Assembly: GCA_028285625.1 (NCBI GenBank)
Contig: JANQOX010000025.1
Span: 206,461-270,460, forward strand
Source of the DNA: Myxococcota bacterium
GTDB taxonomy: Bacteria; Myxococcota_A; UBA9160; UBA6930
DNA length: 64,000 nucleotides
Direction: 5' to 3'
The position numbers and the translations under genes were made by a program. This document shows, one piece after another, positions 35,849 to 44,863 of this stretch. Numbering within the stretch: the first letter of the stretch is position 1; each line of letters opens with the position of its first letter. Below the pieces are notes generated by a model that was not told the origin of the DNA, ran no database searches, and saw only the letters and a program-made list of their open reading frames with translations.

Positions 35849-37191
35849 GGCCACCCGCCGAAGTGCGCGCGGGCACGATCGAGGGCTTCGTCCAGTACCT
35901 CCACCGGATACAGGCGCCCGTCGGCGACCACCGCCAGAAGCGAATCGAGCGCGTCGAGGTCACGCGTGGGATCGCGGGCGAAGACCAGCAGGTCGGCGGG
36001 CGCACCCACGCGAAGCCGCCCCAGGTCGGCGATGCCGAGCGCCTGGCCGGCCCGCCAGGTCGCCGCCGACCACGCGCCCTCGGGACCGAGGCCGGCCCAG
36101 GCCAGCTCGTGGAGCTCTTCCTGCAGGGCCGCGCCAGGAACCAATCCAGGGTTCATCGTGTCGGTACCGGCGATCACCGGGACCCCCGCGGCATGCAGCT
36201 CCCGCACGGCGATGCGCATGGCCTCGAGGCGTCCCGGCATGCCCATCTGCGCTTGCATCAGGACGTTGCGACGGGGATGCCAGAGGACTTCGCGATGGTA
36301 CCGGGGCAGGAGCTCCGCGTAGCGTCCGTGCTGCGGTTCGGCCCCGCTGCGCAGGGCCGACTCGAGGTCTCTCAGGCGTGCGAAGGGCGCCAGGGTGGGC
36401 GTATGCGAGATTCCGAACTGCTTCGACTGCGCCACGTAGCGCGCCACGACGGCGTCCGAGACCCCCGACCAGTTCAGGGAGAGGCCCATCAGGTGCTGGA
36501 CTTCGGCGCCGGGCAGGAGCTCGATCGGCAGTCCCCACGGAACGTGGGCCACCACCGGCAAGCCGTGCTGCTCCGCCGCCTCGAGAATGCCGCGTGTCGC
36601 TCCCGGGGTGAGTTCGTTGTAGATCTTGAGGCAGTCGACCCCGCTGCGCGCCAGCTCGGCGACGACGGCCTCCGCAGCGGCCTGGTCGCGCACCACGCGT
36701 GCGCCCGGCCAGACCGGCGGGTCGCCGTCGAGCCAGGGTCCGCAGCGCAGGGTTCGGGGGCCAGCGAGCCGTCCGCTGGCCACCGCCCGAGCGTGGCGCC
36801 CCAAGACCGAGGGCAGGGCGCTTCCGGTGTCGCGCACGGTCGTCACACCGAAACGCAGGAACAGCAGGGCGAAGAGTTCGCGTTCGCCCACCGCGACGAC
36901 CGGCGGGTGGTGCACGTGGGCATCGACGAGCCCCGGCAGGACGAAGCTCCCCGCGTAGCGTGCATCGCCCGACCCGGGAGGCGCCGGAGTCAACTCGCGG
37001 ATGCGATCGTCGCCGCGAATGACGTGTCCCCGCCGTCGCGTTCCCTCGGGCTCCACCAGGGTCACCCCCGAGAGCACGAAGCCGCGCTCGGGCACGGCGA
37101 GCTTCGGCGGCCGCAGCAGCCACGCGAGCACGCCGGACAGGACGGTGAGTACGGCGAGCACGACGGGCAGGGCCCGGAGCAGACGCCTCAT
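35776..37191 (-). CDS. Metal-dependent amidohydrolase family protein (membrane-anchored)
   Basis: N-terminal TM segment. LPGLVDAHVHH (HxH), IAGTDT, GRLRVGAPADLLVF. Confidence 0.85.
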   Translation of the reverse strand: MRRLLRALPVVLAVLTVLSGVLAWLLRPPKLAVPERGFVLSGVTLVEPEGTRRRGHVIRGDDRIRELTPAPPGSGDARYAGSFVLPGLVDAHVHHPPVVAVGERELFALLFLRFGVTTVRDTGSALPSVLGRHARAVASGRLAGPRTLRCGPWLDGDPPVWPGARVVRDQAAAEAVVAELARSGVDCLKIYNELTPGATRGILEAAEQHGLPVVAHVPWGLPIELLPGAEVQHLMGLSLNWSGVSDAVVARYVAQSKQFGISHTPTLAPFARLRDLESALRSGAEPQHGRYAELLPRYHREVLWHPRRNVLMQAQMGMPGRLEAMRIAVRELHAAGVPVIAGTDTMNPGLVPGAALQEELHELAWAGLGPEGAWSAATWRAGQALGIADLGRLRVGAPADLLVFARDPTRDLDALDSLLAVVADGRLYPVEVLDEALDRARAHFGGWPYEPLSLALASAGIDWLAGSDGTP

Positions 37192-37210
37192 GGGTTGGCC
37201 CCTCGTCCGT

Positions 37211-38092
37211 TCACGGTGCGACTCCGACCATGCGCAGGATCAGGGGCAGGGTGACGAAGCCCAGCAAGGTGGAGAGCAGCACGATGCTCGCGATCTCTTC
37301 CGGGGCGCGGCCGTAGCGCTGCGCGAAGACGTGGTTGAAGACGGCGGCCGGCATCGCGGCCTGTACGACGAGGACGCCGCGCGCGTCGCCCTCGAGCCCG
37401 AACAGTGCGGCGCAGACCAGACCCGAGGCGAGCCCGAGCCCCAGGCGCAGGCCCGCGATCGCGCTTGCGCGCCCGAGCCGCGTGATGCGCAGCTCGGCAA
37501 GGGACACCCCCAGCGACAGCAGCATGAGCGGGATCGCCAGGTCACCCAGCAGGTGCGTCGTGGCCAGTAGCCAGCCGGGCACGGCGAGGTCGAGGCCCAA
37601 CGTGGCGACGGCCGCTGCCACGGCCCAGACGAGGGGCGTGCGCAGCAGCGCCAGCGGGTCGAATCGGCCCGACCAGAGGACGGGGCCGACGACGAAGTTC
37701 AAGACCGCGCAGACGGCGAAGTAGGCGATGGCCAGGGGCAGGGCCTGCTCACCGAAGGCGAACAGGCAGACCGGGATGCCGATGTTCCCCGCGTTGTTGA
37801 ACACGATCGGGGAGAGGTAGGTGTGGCGTGGGAGCCTAGCCAGACGCAGCAAGGCCCATCCGGCGACGGCCACGGCGACGAAGCTGAGTACCGCTGCGGA
37901 GGTCATGGTCGCCATCGCGGCGGGGTCCATCTCCAGGCCGACGAGACGCGAGTACACGAGGCAGGGCGCCGCGAGGTCCGAGTTGAGCGTGCCTGCCGCA
38001 TTGCGGTCGAAGGGGCGGCCGGCGCGCGACCACACCCAGCCGGCCGCGGCACACAGGAACACCGGCGCGAGGACGGAGAGAATCGAACCCAC
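37211..38092 (-). CDS. AEC (auxin efflux carrier) family transporter
   Basis: 293 aa, about 10 TM. NNAGNIGIPV and the C-terminal half AMPAAVFNHVFAQRYG are typical of AEC/Mem_trans. Confidence 0.85.
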   Translation of the reverse strand: MGSILSVLAPVFLCAAAGWVWSRAGRPFDRNAAGTLNSDLAAPCLVYSRLVGLEMDPAAMATMTSAAVLSFVAVAVAGWALLRLARLPRHTYLSPIVFNNAGNIGIPVCLFAFGEQALPLAIAYFAVCAVLNFVVGPVLWSGRFDPLALLRTPLVWAVAAAVATLGLDLAVPGWLLATTHLLGDLAIPLMLLSLGVSLAELRITRLGRASAIAGLRLGLGLASGLVCAALFGLEGDARGVLVVQAAMPAAVFNHVFAQRYGRAPEEIASIVLLSTLLGFVTLPLILRMVGVAP

Positions 38093-38104
38093 GGCTCGGC
38101 CGGG

Positions 38105-38554
38105 CTAGTCGCCGAGCAGCTCGGAGGCCAGCCGGCGGGCGAGTCCGCCGTCCACGTCGCCCTTGTGCGCCTTCATCAGGGCGCCCATCACCTTGCCGAG
38201 TTCGCGTTTGCTGGTGGCGCCGCTGTCGGCGATGGCCGCCTCGACCCAGCTGCGGGTCTGCGCCTCGTCGGCGAGGCTCGGCAGGAAGGTCTCGATCACG
38301 GCCAGCTCGCCACGTTCGACTTCGGCCCGCTCCGGCCGGTCGGCCTGTTCGAAGGCTTCGACGCTTTCGCGGCGCTGCTTCGCCAGCCTGCGGAGCGAAG
38401 CGATGGCGACCTCGTCGTCCAGGGTCTCTGCGCCGTCCTTCTTCATCTCCACCAGGAACGCGGCGCGGATCTGCCGCAGTGCGGCGACCCGCGCGGTGTC
38501 GCGCGCACGCAGCGCATCGGTGAGCTGCTGGCTCACGTCATCGACCAGGGCCAT
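38105..38554 (-). CDS. GatB/YqeY domain protein
   Basis: LTDALRARD...RL..LR.I.AAF, LRRLAKQRRESVEAF, GKVMGALMKAHKGDVDG. Confidence 0.85.
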   Translation of the reverse strand: MALVDDVSQQLTDALRARDTARVAALRQIRAAFLVEMKKDGAETLDDEVAIASLRRLAKQRRESVEAFEQADRPERAEVERGELAVIETFLPSLADEAQTRSWVEAAIADSGATSKRELGKVMGALMKAHKGDVDGGLARRLASELLGD

Positions 38555-38591
38555 GGCGTCTCCTTCGCGCGCGAGCTTAGCGACCCCGGGC

Positions 38592-38960
38592 CTAGCCCTG
38601 GGGCGATCGCGCGAGAGCCAGCAGGGACAGCCAGCCTGCGATCAGCAGCAGGCCGCCCAGCGGAGTCACGGGGCCCAGCACCCGCGGGCCGCCGAGACAG
38701 AGGGCATAGATCGACCCTGAGAACAGGAAGATGCCCCCGGTGAAGAGCGCCCCTTGCAGGGTGATGCTTCGCTCGGCGGCGCCCGCGTAGAGCGCCAACG
38801 CCAGGAGCACCACCGCGTGCAGCAGATGGTACTGGGCCGCCGTACGCCAGCTCTCGAGCTGCGCGGGGGTGAGGCGGCTCTCGAGCCCATGCGCGCCGAA
38901 GGCCCCGGCGACCACCGCGAGCGTGCCGAGCACGGCGCTCGTCGCCAGCCAGAGGCTCAC
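38592..38960 (-). CDS. DUF423 (YgdD-like) small membrane protein
   Basis: GTG at 38960 overlaps the upstream stop (GTGA). AGAFGAHGLE...AAQYHLLHA...LFSGSIY. Confidence 0.8.
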   Translation of the reverse strand: MSLWLATSAVLGTLAVVAGAFGAHGLESRLTPAQLESWRTAAQYHLLHAVVLLALALYAGAAERSITLQGALFTGGIFLFSGSIYALCLGGPRVLGPVTPLGGLLLIAGWLSLLALARSPQG

Positions 38961-40138
38961 GGGATCACCTGCGCGTCGCGCAACGCCGCGACTTCGTCGC
39001 GGTGGAAGCCGATCTCCGCAAGCACCTGCTCCGTGTGCTGGCCATGGGTAGGGGCGGGGTCGGGCAGCTCGGTGGGTGTGCGATCGAAGTGGGCCGCGGG
39101 GCGCGGCTCGCGCAGGCGTCCGGCCACCGGGTGTTCGCGTTCGACCACGAGGTCGTTCTCGACGATCTGCGGGTGCGAGGCGAGTTCGTCGCGGCGAAGG
39201 ACCGGGGCACACGGCACCTGGGCGGCGTCGAGCCGCTCGAGCCACTCGGCGCTGGGGCGTTCCAGGAAGGCCCCAGCCATGAGTTCGAGCCGGGCATCGG
39301 CGTGGATCACCCGCCCCGACGCCGTCTGGAAGCGCTCGTCGTCGAGCCACTCGGGGTGGCCCGTGGCATGGGCCATGCCGTGCCATTCGGCGTCGCTGAC
39401 CGCACCGGCGGTGATGTAGCCGTCGCGGGTCTCGAAGATCAGGTCCTGGGCCAGCTGGGCGCGAGGCGCATGCTCGCGGCCCACGAAGGTGTGGCCGGCC
39501 ATGGCCTCGGGCCAGAGGAAGGCCACGGTCGCGTCGAGCATGGCCAGGCGGACGTGCTGCCCGGCACCGGTTCGCTCGCGGGCGAGCAGGGCCGCCGTAA
39601 TGGCCTGGGCCGCCGTGAGAGCGGTGAGCTTGTCGGGAATGATCAGACGCATCATCCGCGGGCGGCCAGTGTCGCGGTCCGCCTGGATGTCAGCGAGGCC
39701 GGACAGCGCCTGGATCACCGGGTCGTAGACGCGCTTGCCCGCATAGGGCCCGGTCTCTCCGAAGCCGCTGATCGAGACGTAGACGAGCTCGGGTGCCACC
39801 GCGCGCAGGGCGTCCTCGCCGAGGCCCATGCGTTCGGCCGTGCCGGGGCGGAAGTTCTGGACGAAGACGTCGGCGGTGGCCACCAATCGCCGCAGTGCGT
39901 CGAGGCCGCCTTCCTGCTTCAGGTCGAGCACCACCGAGCGCTTGCCGCGATTGGCATGCAGGAACGTCGGCGACAGTCCGTCCTTGCGCGCACCCATGGC
40001 GCGTACCAGATCGCCCGTGCCGGGTGCTTCGACCTTGATCACGTCGGCGCCCTGGTCGGCGAGCATGCGCGTCGCGATCGGTCCGGAGATCATCTGCGTG
40101 GTGTCGACGATCCGGTAGCCGGCCAAGGGTCCGTTCAT
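38957..40138 (-). CDS. CoA-transferase family III (CaiB/BaiF) protein
   Basis: PLAGYRIVDTTQMISGPIATRMLADQGADVIKVE and the catalytic-Asp region LIIPDK... Confidence 0.9.
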   Translation of the reverse strand: MNGPLAGYRIVDTTQMISGPIATRMLADQGADVIKVEAPGTGDLVRAMGARKDGLSPTFLHANRGKRSVVLDLKQEGGLDALRRLVATADVFVQNFRPGTAERMGLGEDALRAVAPELVYVSISGFGETGPYAGKRVYDPVIQALSGLADIQADRDTGRPRMMRLIIPDKLTALTAAQAITAALLARERTGAGQHVRLAMLDATVAFLWPEAMAGHTFVGREHAPRAQLAQDLIFETRDGYITAGAVSDAEWHGMAHATGHPEWLDDERFQTASGRVIHADARLELMAGAFLERPSAEWLERLDAAQVPCAPVLRRDELASHPQIVENDLVVEREHPVAGRLREPRPAAHFDRTPTELPDPAPTHGQHTEQVLAEIGFHRDEVAALRDAQVIP

Positions 40139-40147
40139 GCGGGCAGT

Positions 40148-41296
40148 CTAGCCCCGGGGCGTGAGCTCGGGGGGGTCGGGGCGCGGGAGGCGTTCGGCCA
40201 CGGGGCGCAGGGCGGGCAGCGGATCCGTGCGTCCCAGCTGATACCAGTAGGCGGTGCTCGAGTAGTCGTTGCGCAACGCGTTGGCGTGACCCGTTTCGAT
40301 GGTGACGCGGATCGACTTCTCGAAGCGGATCGGGTCTTCGACGTGGAACCGGTACATCGAGTTCTTGCCGCCCCAGGGCCAACCGGCGTTCCCGCTGTAG
40401 AGGGTGATCCCGTGGTAGGGCGCGGCGTACTCCTGGGTCGGGCAGAAGGCGGTGTTGAAGTAGTCCTCGGTGCCGGTTCCGTGCAGTCGCGGGGGCCACG
40501 GTTCGTCGTCGACGAAGATCATGTCGTCGCCCTCGCCGTACCAGTCGTTCACCTGGCGCTCGAAGACGTCGACGTTGAGTACGCAGCCCACGTACTGTCC
40601 GGTGCCGCGGGCCTCGAGCAGGGTGTAGTTGCGCGCGCCGTCCAGGTTCGGCTCGAACCACGGGCCCGGGTCCTTGGGCCCTCCGCCGAACGCGAGCCCA
40701 GCACCCACGGGCCGTCGCTCGTCCAGCCCGTAATCGCTCCGGCCCCAGCCCTTTTCGGCCGCGACGCCCGCCGTCTCGGGAACGCGGTTCCACCACGCGT
40801 GGAAGCGCGCGAGGTCGTCGGGCAAGCCGTCGTAGGTCTCGTAGTCGACGTAGTAGAAGAAGATCAGCATGCCCTCGCTCTGGTTCTCGACCTCGAAGCG
40901 CGCGCCCCGCGCGAAGGGCATGGGAAACCAGCAGTTCATGCTCTTGCCGTCTTCGGGGCTCATCTGGAGCGGGAGCGAGACGAAGTTGCGCCGCCGTCCG
41001 AAGCCCAGCCCGAAGAAGTCGCCGAGTGGCGCCTCGACGCTCGGCGACGCCTCGCCGTCCCACCACATGCGGAGCACCGCCTTGCACAGGATCAGCGGGT
41101 CGTCCGGAATCGACGCCACCGTGACCCAGACGTGCTTCACGCATCCGGCGCCGTCGATCTCGCCCAACGACGCCTTCTCGCCGGCGGGTACCCGGAGCGC
41201 GTCGAGGTTGCCGCCCCGGCGGTCGTAGGACGACAGCCGGTGTCGGCGGAAGTCTCGCAGGCGGGCGAGATCGGCGAGGGATCCTTGACCGAGCAT
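40148..41296 (-). CDS. DUF2961 (GH172-like) family protein
   Basis: SSYDRRGGN, GCVKHVWVT, MWWDGE..PSVEAPLGDFFG, NCWFPMPF, FFYYVDYE, HGTGTEDYFN. Confidence 0.8.
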   Translation of the reverse strand: MLGQGSLADLARLRDFRRHRLSSYDRRGGNLDALRVPAGEKASLGEIDGAGCVKHVWVTVASIPDDPLILCKAVLRMWWDGEASPSVEAPLGDFFGLGFGRRRNFVSLPLQMSPEDGKSMNCWFPMPFARGARFEVENQSEGMLIFFYYVDYETYDGLPDDLARFHAWWNRVPETAGVAAEKGWGRSDYGLDERRPVGAGLAFGGGPKDPGPWFEPNLDGARNYTLLEARGTGQYVGCVLNVDVFERQVNDWYGEGDDMIFVDDEPWPPRLHGTGTEDYFNTAFCPTQEYAAPYHGITLYSGNAGWPWGGKNSMYRFHVEDPIRFEKSIRVTIETGHANALRNDYSSTAYWYQLGRTDPLPALRPVAERLPRPDPPELTPRG

Positions 41297-41365
41297 GGGG
41301 CTCCTCCTCGGCTTCAGTGTGGCACGGGTGGCCCCGGCCGCGCCGCGGCGTGAGGGGCGCTGCGC

Positions 41366-42397
41366 TCAGTCGCTGGCGACGGCCGCCACCAGCGCGAGGT
41401 CGCGCTCGCGCACCGACGCCAGGTCGAACTTGCGCGCCGAGGCGGCCATCCGGGTCAGCCCGGCCGCGAGTGTCATGGGCGGCTCGGTTTCGCCCTTCTT
41501 CGCACGGTGGAAGCGCACCGGGTTGATCCGGGCGACCACGTAGTTGCGCACGTAGGGCGACTTGAACCCGCGTTCCTTGAGGCCTTCGATGATCTCCTTC
41601 ACGCGCGCGTCGATCTCGAGCAGCCGGGCCGCCTGACCCTCGCGCTCGCGAAGCGTCGCGCGCAGGGTCTTGTCGCGGAATCGATCGAGCTTCTTCAAGA
41701 ACGGTGAGTAGGCGCCGCCCGCGAATCGGCCCTGCTGCTCGTAGACGAGGCCCAGGGTGAGCAGCTCGGGCGCCTCGAACTCGCTGGTGAAGGCGCTCTC
41801 CTTGGCGCGCGGACTGCGCTCGGCGAGCGCGCGCGCCATGCGGATCACCTCGAGGCTGCGGTCCTTCAGGTTGTGCGCCTTCTCCGTATTGAGCGCGAGG
41901 ATGCGGAACGCGAGGTCCTCGTCCGGCGAGACCAGGCAGGTGATCTGCCGGAGCCCGAGCACCTTCGAGGCCGCCAGGCGGTGGCGCCCGTTGGGCGTCC
42001 AGAAACCGCCCTGGGCGCCGCGCACGACGATCAGCGGATCGAGGAACGAGCCACTCTCCTCGATCTTCTGGGCGAGCCGCTTGGTGTGCGTGGGAGAGAG
42101 GTCGCGCTGGAAGGGCGTGGGCTCGACGGCGCCGCGCGGGAGCGAGGCCAGCAGCAGCGCACGGCCCGAGAGCGGCTCGCGGTAGGCGCCGATGGGGGCG
42201 CCGCCGGCGTTCTCGACCTCGGCCACCAGCGGGGCGAGCGCCGGGTCGTCGAGCCCGATGCGCACGTCGGCGGCTTCGAGGCCCCGGTCCTCTTTGCTGG
42301 GCGTGAGGCGCTTGCGCGCCGTGCTCTTGCGCGTGGCCTTGCGGCGCGCGGACTTCTTCGACGCGGTCTTCTTGCGGGTGGACTTGCGGGCTGCCAT
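41366..42397 (-). CDS. ParB/sulfiredoxin-like domain protein with Lys/Arg-rich N-terminal tail
   Basis: N-terminus MAARKSTRKKTASKKSARRKATRKSTARKR. ParB N-domain-like core PTPFQRDLSPTHTKRL...DPLIVV...WTPNGRHRLAA. No parA neighbour. Confidence 0.7.
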   Translation of the reverse strand: MAARKSTRKKTASKKSARRKATRKSTARKRLTPSKEDRGLEAADVRIGLDDPALAPLVAEVENAGGAPIGAYREPLSGRALLLASLPRGAVEPTPFQRDLSPTHTKRLAQKIEESGSFLDPLIVVRGAQGGFWTPNGRHRLAASKVLGLRQITCLVSPDEDLAFRILALNTEKAHNLKDRSLEVIRMARALAERSPRAKESAFTSEFEAPELLTLGLVYEQQGRFAGGAYSPFLKKLDRFRDKTLRATLREREGQAARLLEIDARVKEIIEGLKERGFKSPYVRNYVVARINPVRFHRAKKGETEPPMTLAAGLTRMAASARKFDLASVRERDLALVAAVASD

Positions 42398-42482
42398 GAC
42401 GCGAGGGTACGCCGGCGACCCGACGGTTGCCGGCAGCCTGCGTCCAGCCTGCTGTCAGCGCGTTCTCACGCGCGGCCCGTTC

Positions 42483-42644
42483 TCAGCGCGTGGCGCTGCG
42501 CAGCTCCTCGATGCGCTGCACGCGCATCTCGGCGGAGGCCGGCCGGCAGCTCGGGCAGACCGGCGCGTTGCGCCAGGGGTCGGAAGACTCGTGGAGCCGC
42601 TCGCAGAGCACACAGCTCACCAGGATGAAGGGGAGGCTTGCCAT
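42483..42644 (-). CDS. Small zinc-ribbon protein (53 aa), absent from the ORF track because it is under 60 aa
   Basis: Hand translation: MASLPFILVSCVLCERLHESSDPWRNAPVCPSCRPASAEMRVQRIEELRSATR, with two CxxC pairs. High GC3. It lies 52 nt downstream of the amidohydrolase_2 gene on the same strand. No clear SD. Confidence 0.45.
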   Translation of the reverse strand: MASLPFILVSCVLCERLHESSDPWRNAPVCPSCRPASAEMRVQRIEELRSATR

Positions 42645-42696
42645 AGGGCACTCGTTTCGACGCCCGTGGAAGGCCTCTTGAGAATCTCCCCCGGGG

Positions 42697-43533
42697 TCAG
42701 GCCGGGTGCGGTCCCTTCGGTTGCCGCGGTGCGAAGAGCAGACGCTCGGCGTTCTGGTAGAGGTACTTGTCGAGCACGCCCTCGCGGAAGTCGATCTTGG
42801 ACGCCTCGTCCACGCAGCGCTTGAACGACAGCACCGGGTGGTCGGATGCGAACAGCACCTTGTCCTGCCCGCGCGTGTTCATGTAGTGGATGAGCTCCTG
42901 CGGGAGGTACTTGGGCGCGTACGCCGACGTCATCAGGTGCAGGTTGCGGTACTTGATCATCAGCCGGATCGCGACGCCCCACCACGGATCGGCACCGTGG
43001 GCCATGCACAGCCGCAGGTCGGGAAACTGCAGGCACACGCGGTCGAGGTACATGGGGTTCTGGCACTCGCCCGGAACGGGCGGGCCGGGGATGCCCGTGT
43101 TGATCGAGAGCGGCAGGTCGAGCTCGGTGCACTTCACGTAGAGCGGGTAGTAGAGCGGGTCGGTGGGCGGCCGGTCCACGGCAAAGGGCACCACGCGCGC
43201 CAGCACCACCGGCAGGTCGCGCACCATCTCTTCGAGCCGCCAGACCTCCTTCATCTGCCCGGTGGGCTGCAGGTTCACGGCGTAGGCGAAGCGGTCGGGG
43301 TGCTTGGCATGAAAGGCCAGGATCGCGTCGGAGGGGCGCCCCACGCCCAGCGACAGGATGCACCGCTCGATTCCGGCCTCGTCCATGTCGGCCACGAGCT
43401 GGTCGACGGCGATGCTCTGGAGGAACTCGTCGCCGCCCTTGAAGTAGTCCTCTTTCACGCGGACGAGCCACTCGGGCGGCTTGCCCTCGCCCATGTTCAC
43501 GTTCACCCAGCAGTCGATGGCGCGCAGACTCAC
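42697..43533 (-). CDS. Amidohydrolase_2 (ACMSD/TIM-barrel metal hydrolase-decarboxylase) family protein
   Basis: AIDCWVNVNM, DEAGIERCILS, CMAHGADPWW, VLFASDHP. Confidence 0.85.
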   Translation of the reverse strand: MSLRAIDCWVNVNMGEGKPPEWLVRVKEDYFKGGDEFLQSIAVDQLVADMDEAGIERCILSLGVGRPSDAILAFHAKHPDRFAYAVNLQPTGQMKEVWRLEEMVRDLPVVLARVVPFAVDRPPTDPLYYPLYVKCTELDLPLSINTGIPGPPVPGECQNPMYLDRVCLQFPDLRLCMAHGADPWWGVAIRLMIKYRNLHLMTSAYAPKYLPQELIHYMNTRGQDKVLFASDHPVLSFKRCVDEASKIDFREGVLDKYLYQNAERLLFAPRQPKGPHPA

Positions 43534-43607
43534 TCAGCCTTCTCCTCGCTCGAACGCGCGCATGGTATCGCGCGGGCAGGCCATGGTGGGCCGGGCCCGG
43601 AGTCGCC

Positions 43608-44069
43608 TCAGGTGCCGTGGTCTTCGGACTCTCCGGCCTCTGCGTCCGGGGCTTCGAACGAGCTCTCCACGGCCAGTGCCACCTCTTGACCGAAGGCGAT
43701 CTCGAGGGTGTGGTCGTCAGGGTCGGAGATGAGCGCCCAGTAGCCGACCGGGTAGCCGGCATCGACGGGGCCGTAGACCGTGCGCCCCTCCTGCTTGGCT
43801 GCGGCCACCAGGCCGTCGACTTCTTCGCGTGAGCCCAGGCCTACGCCCAGGTGGGCGAGCGGGAGCAGCGGCGTCCGCACCTCTTCGACCTCGATCAGCA
43901 CCACCACGAAGGGGCGCGTGCCATCGCTGATCCACGCCACGCGGGAGCCCGGCTTCGGATCCTCTCGCCGGTGAACGACCTTCATGGCGGCGTAGCGCTC
44001 GTAGAAGGCGAGACTCGCGTCGAGGTCGCGAACCGGAAGCGCCACGTGGGTGAGGCCGCGGTCGATCAT
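43608..44069 (-). CDS. VOC (glyoxalase/bleomycin-resistance/dioxygenase) family protein
   Basis: ATG at 44069 overlaps the upstream stop (ATGA). LTHVALPVRDLDASLAFYERY ... HLGVGL ... DPDDHTLEI. It is only the 3' third of the track ORF. Confidence 0.85.
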   Translation of the reverse strand: MIDRGLTHVALPVRDLDASLAFYERYAAMKVVHRREDPKPGSRVAWISDGTRPFVVVLIEVEEVRTPLLPLAHLGVGLGSREEVDGLVAAAKQEGRTVYGPVDAGYPVGYWALISDPDDHTLEIAFGQEVALAVESSFEAPDAEAGESEDHGT

Positions 44070-44863
44070 GTGTCGAACTCCAAGCGCGCCTCGCCCGCCT
44101 CGACCACGACGGCCGGTCGGTCGATCATCCGGCAGGGACGGCCCCCGCGCTCTCGGCCCGTCTCCAGGTCGAAGGTATACCCGTGCCAGGGGCAGGTGAC
44201 CGCACCGTCTCGCAGGTCGGTCTGCGCGAGGGGCCCGCCCAGGTGCGGGCAAGCAGTGGGGTGGGCATGCAGCCCTTCGCCCGCGCGCACCACGCGGTAT
44301 CGGCGACCGTGGGCGATGACCTCGTGGGGAAGCCGCAGGGCCTCCACGGGTCCGAGCGCGACGGGGTCGCGCCCGCTGGGCGGTCGCGCCAGCGCCCCGT
44401 CGTCCAGTGCGCGCTGGCGTTCGCGCATCATGTCCTCGTCCTCGTCCCAGAGCGTCGTGTAGAGGCTGACGTAGCCCTGGCCCACCCCGTCGCGGTGCTC
44501 GGGCGCGATGCCCGGGACGAGGAACGCAACGCGGATACCGGTCTCGGCGTCGCCCTGGGGCGTGACCTCGGTCCAGATCTCGGTTCCGGCCCCGGCGCCC
44601 TCGGTGGTGCGCGTCACGTAGCGGCTGGCCTCGCGATCGACGAGCAGCTCGATCGCGATCTCGGGGTGCGGCGGCCTTGCCAGCGACACGCGTGCCCGCC
44701 AGCCCCAGCGGCCCGCGCCCTCGCACTGGATCGTCTGGAATGCGTCCGCATGAAGCCACGGAAGGTGCTCCCAGTCGAGCACGTTCTCCCAGACCCGCTC
44801 GGCCGAGGCGCGAACCGTCCGCTCGTACGTGGCCACCGTCGGGATCTCGGGGTCGGGGGTCAT
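44066..44863 (-). CDS. SRPBCC domain - Rieske [2Fe-2S] domain fusion protein
   Basis: ATG at 44863 overlaps the upstream stop (ATGA). The N-terminus ERTVRASAERVWENVLDWEHLPWLH is SRPBCC-like. The C-terminal Rieske motif is CPHLGGPL...CPWHGYTF. Confidence 0.8.
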   Translation of the reverse strand: MTPDPEIPTVATYERTVRASAERVWENVLDWEHLPWLHADAFQTIQCEGAGRWGWRARVSLARPPHPEIAIELLVDREASRYVTRTTEGAGAGTEIWTEVTPQGDAETGIRVAFLVPGIAPEHRDGVGQGYVSLYTTLWDEDEDMMRERQRALDDGALARPPSGRDPVALGPVEALRLPHEVIAHGRRYRVVRAGEGLHAHPTACPHLGGPLAQTDLRDGAVTCPWHGYTFDLETGRERGGRPCRMIDRPAVVVEAGEARLEFDT

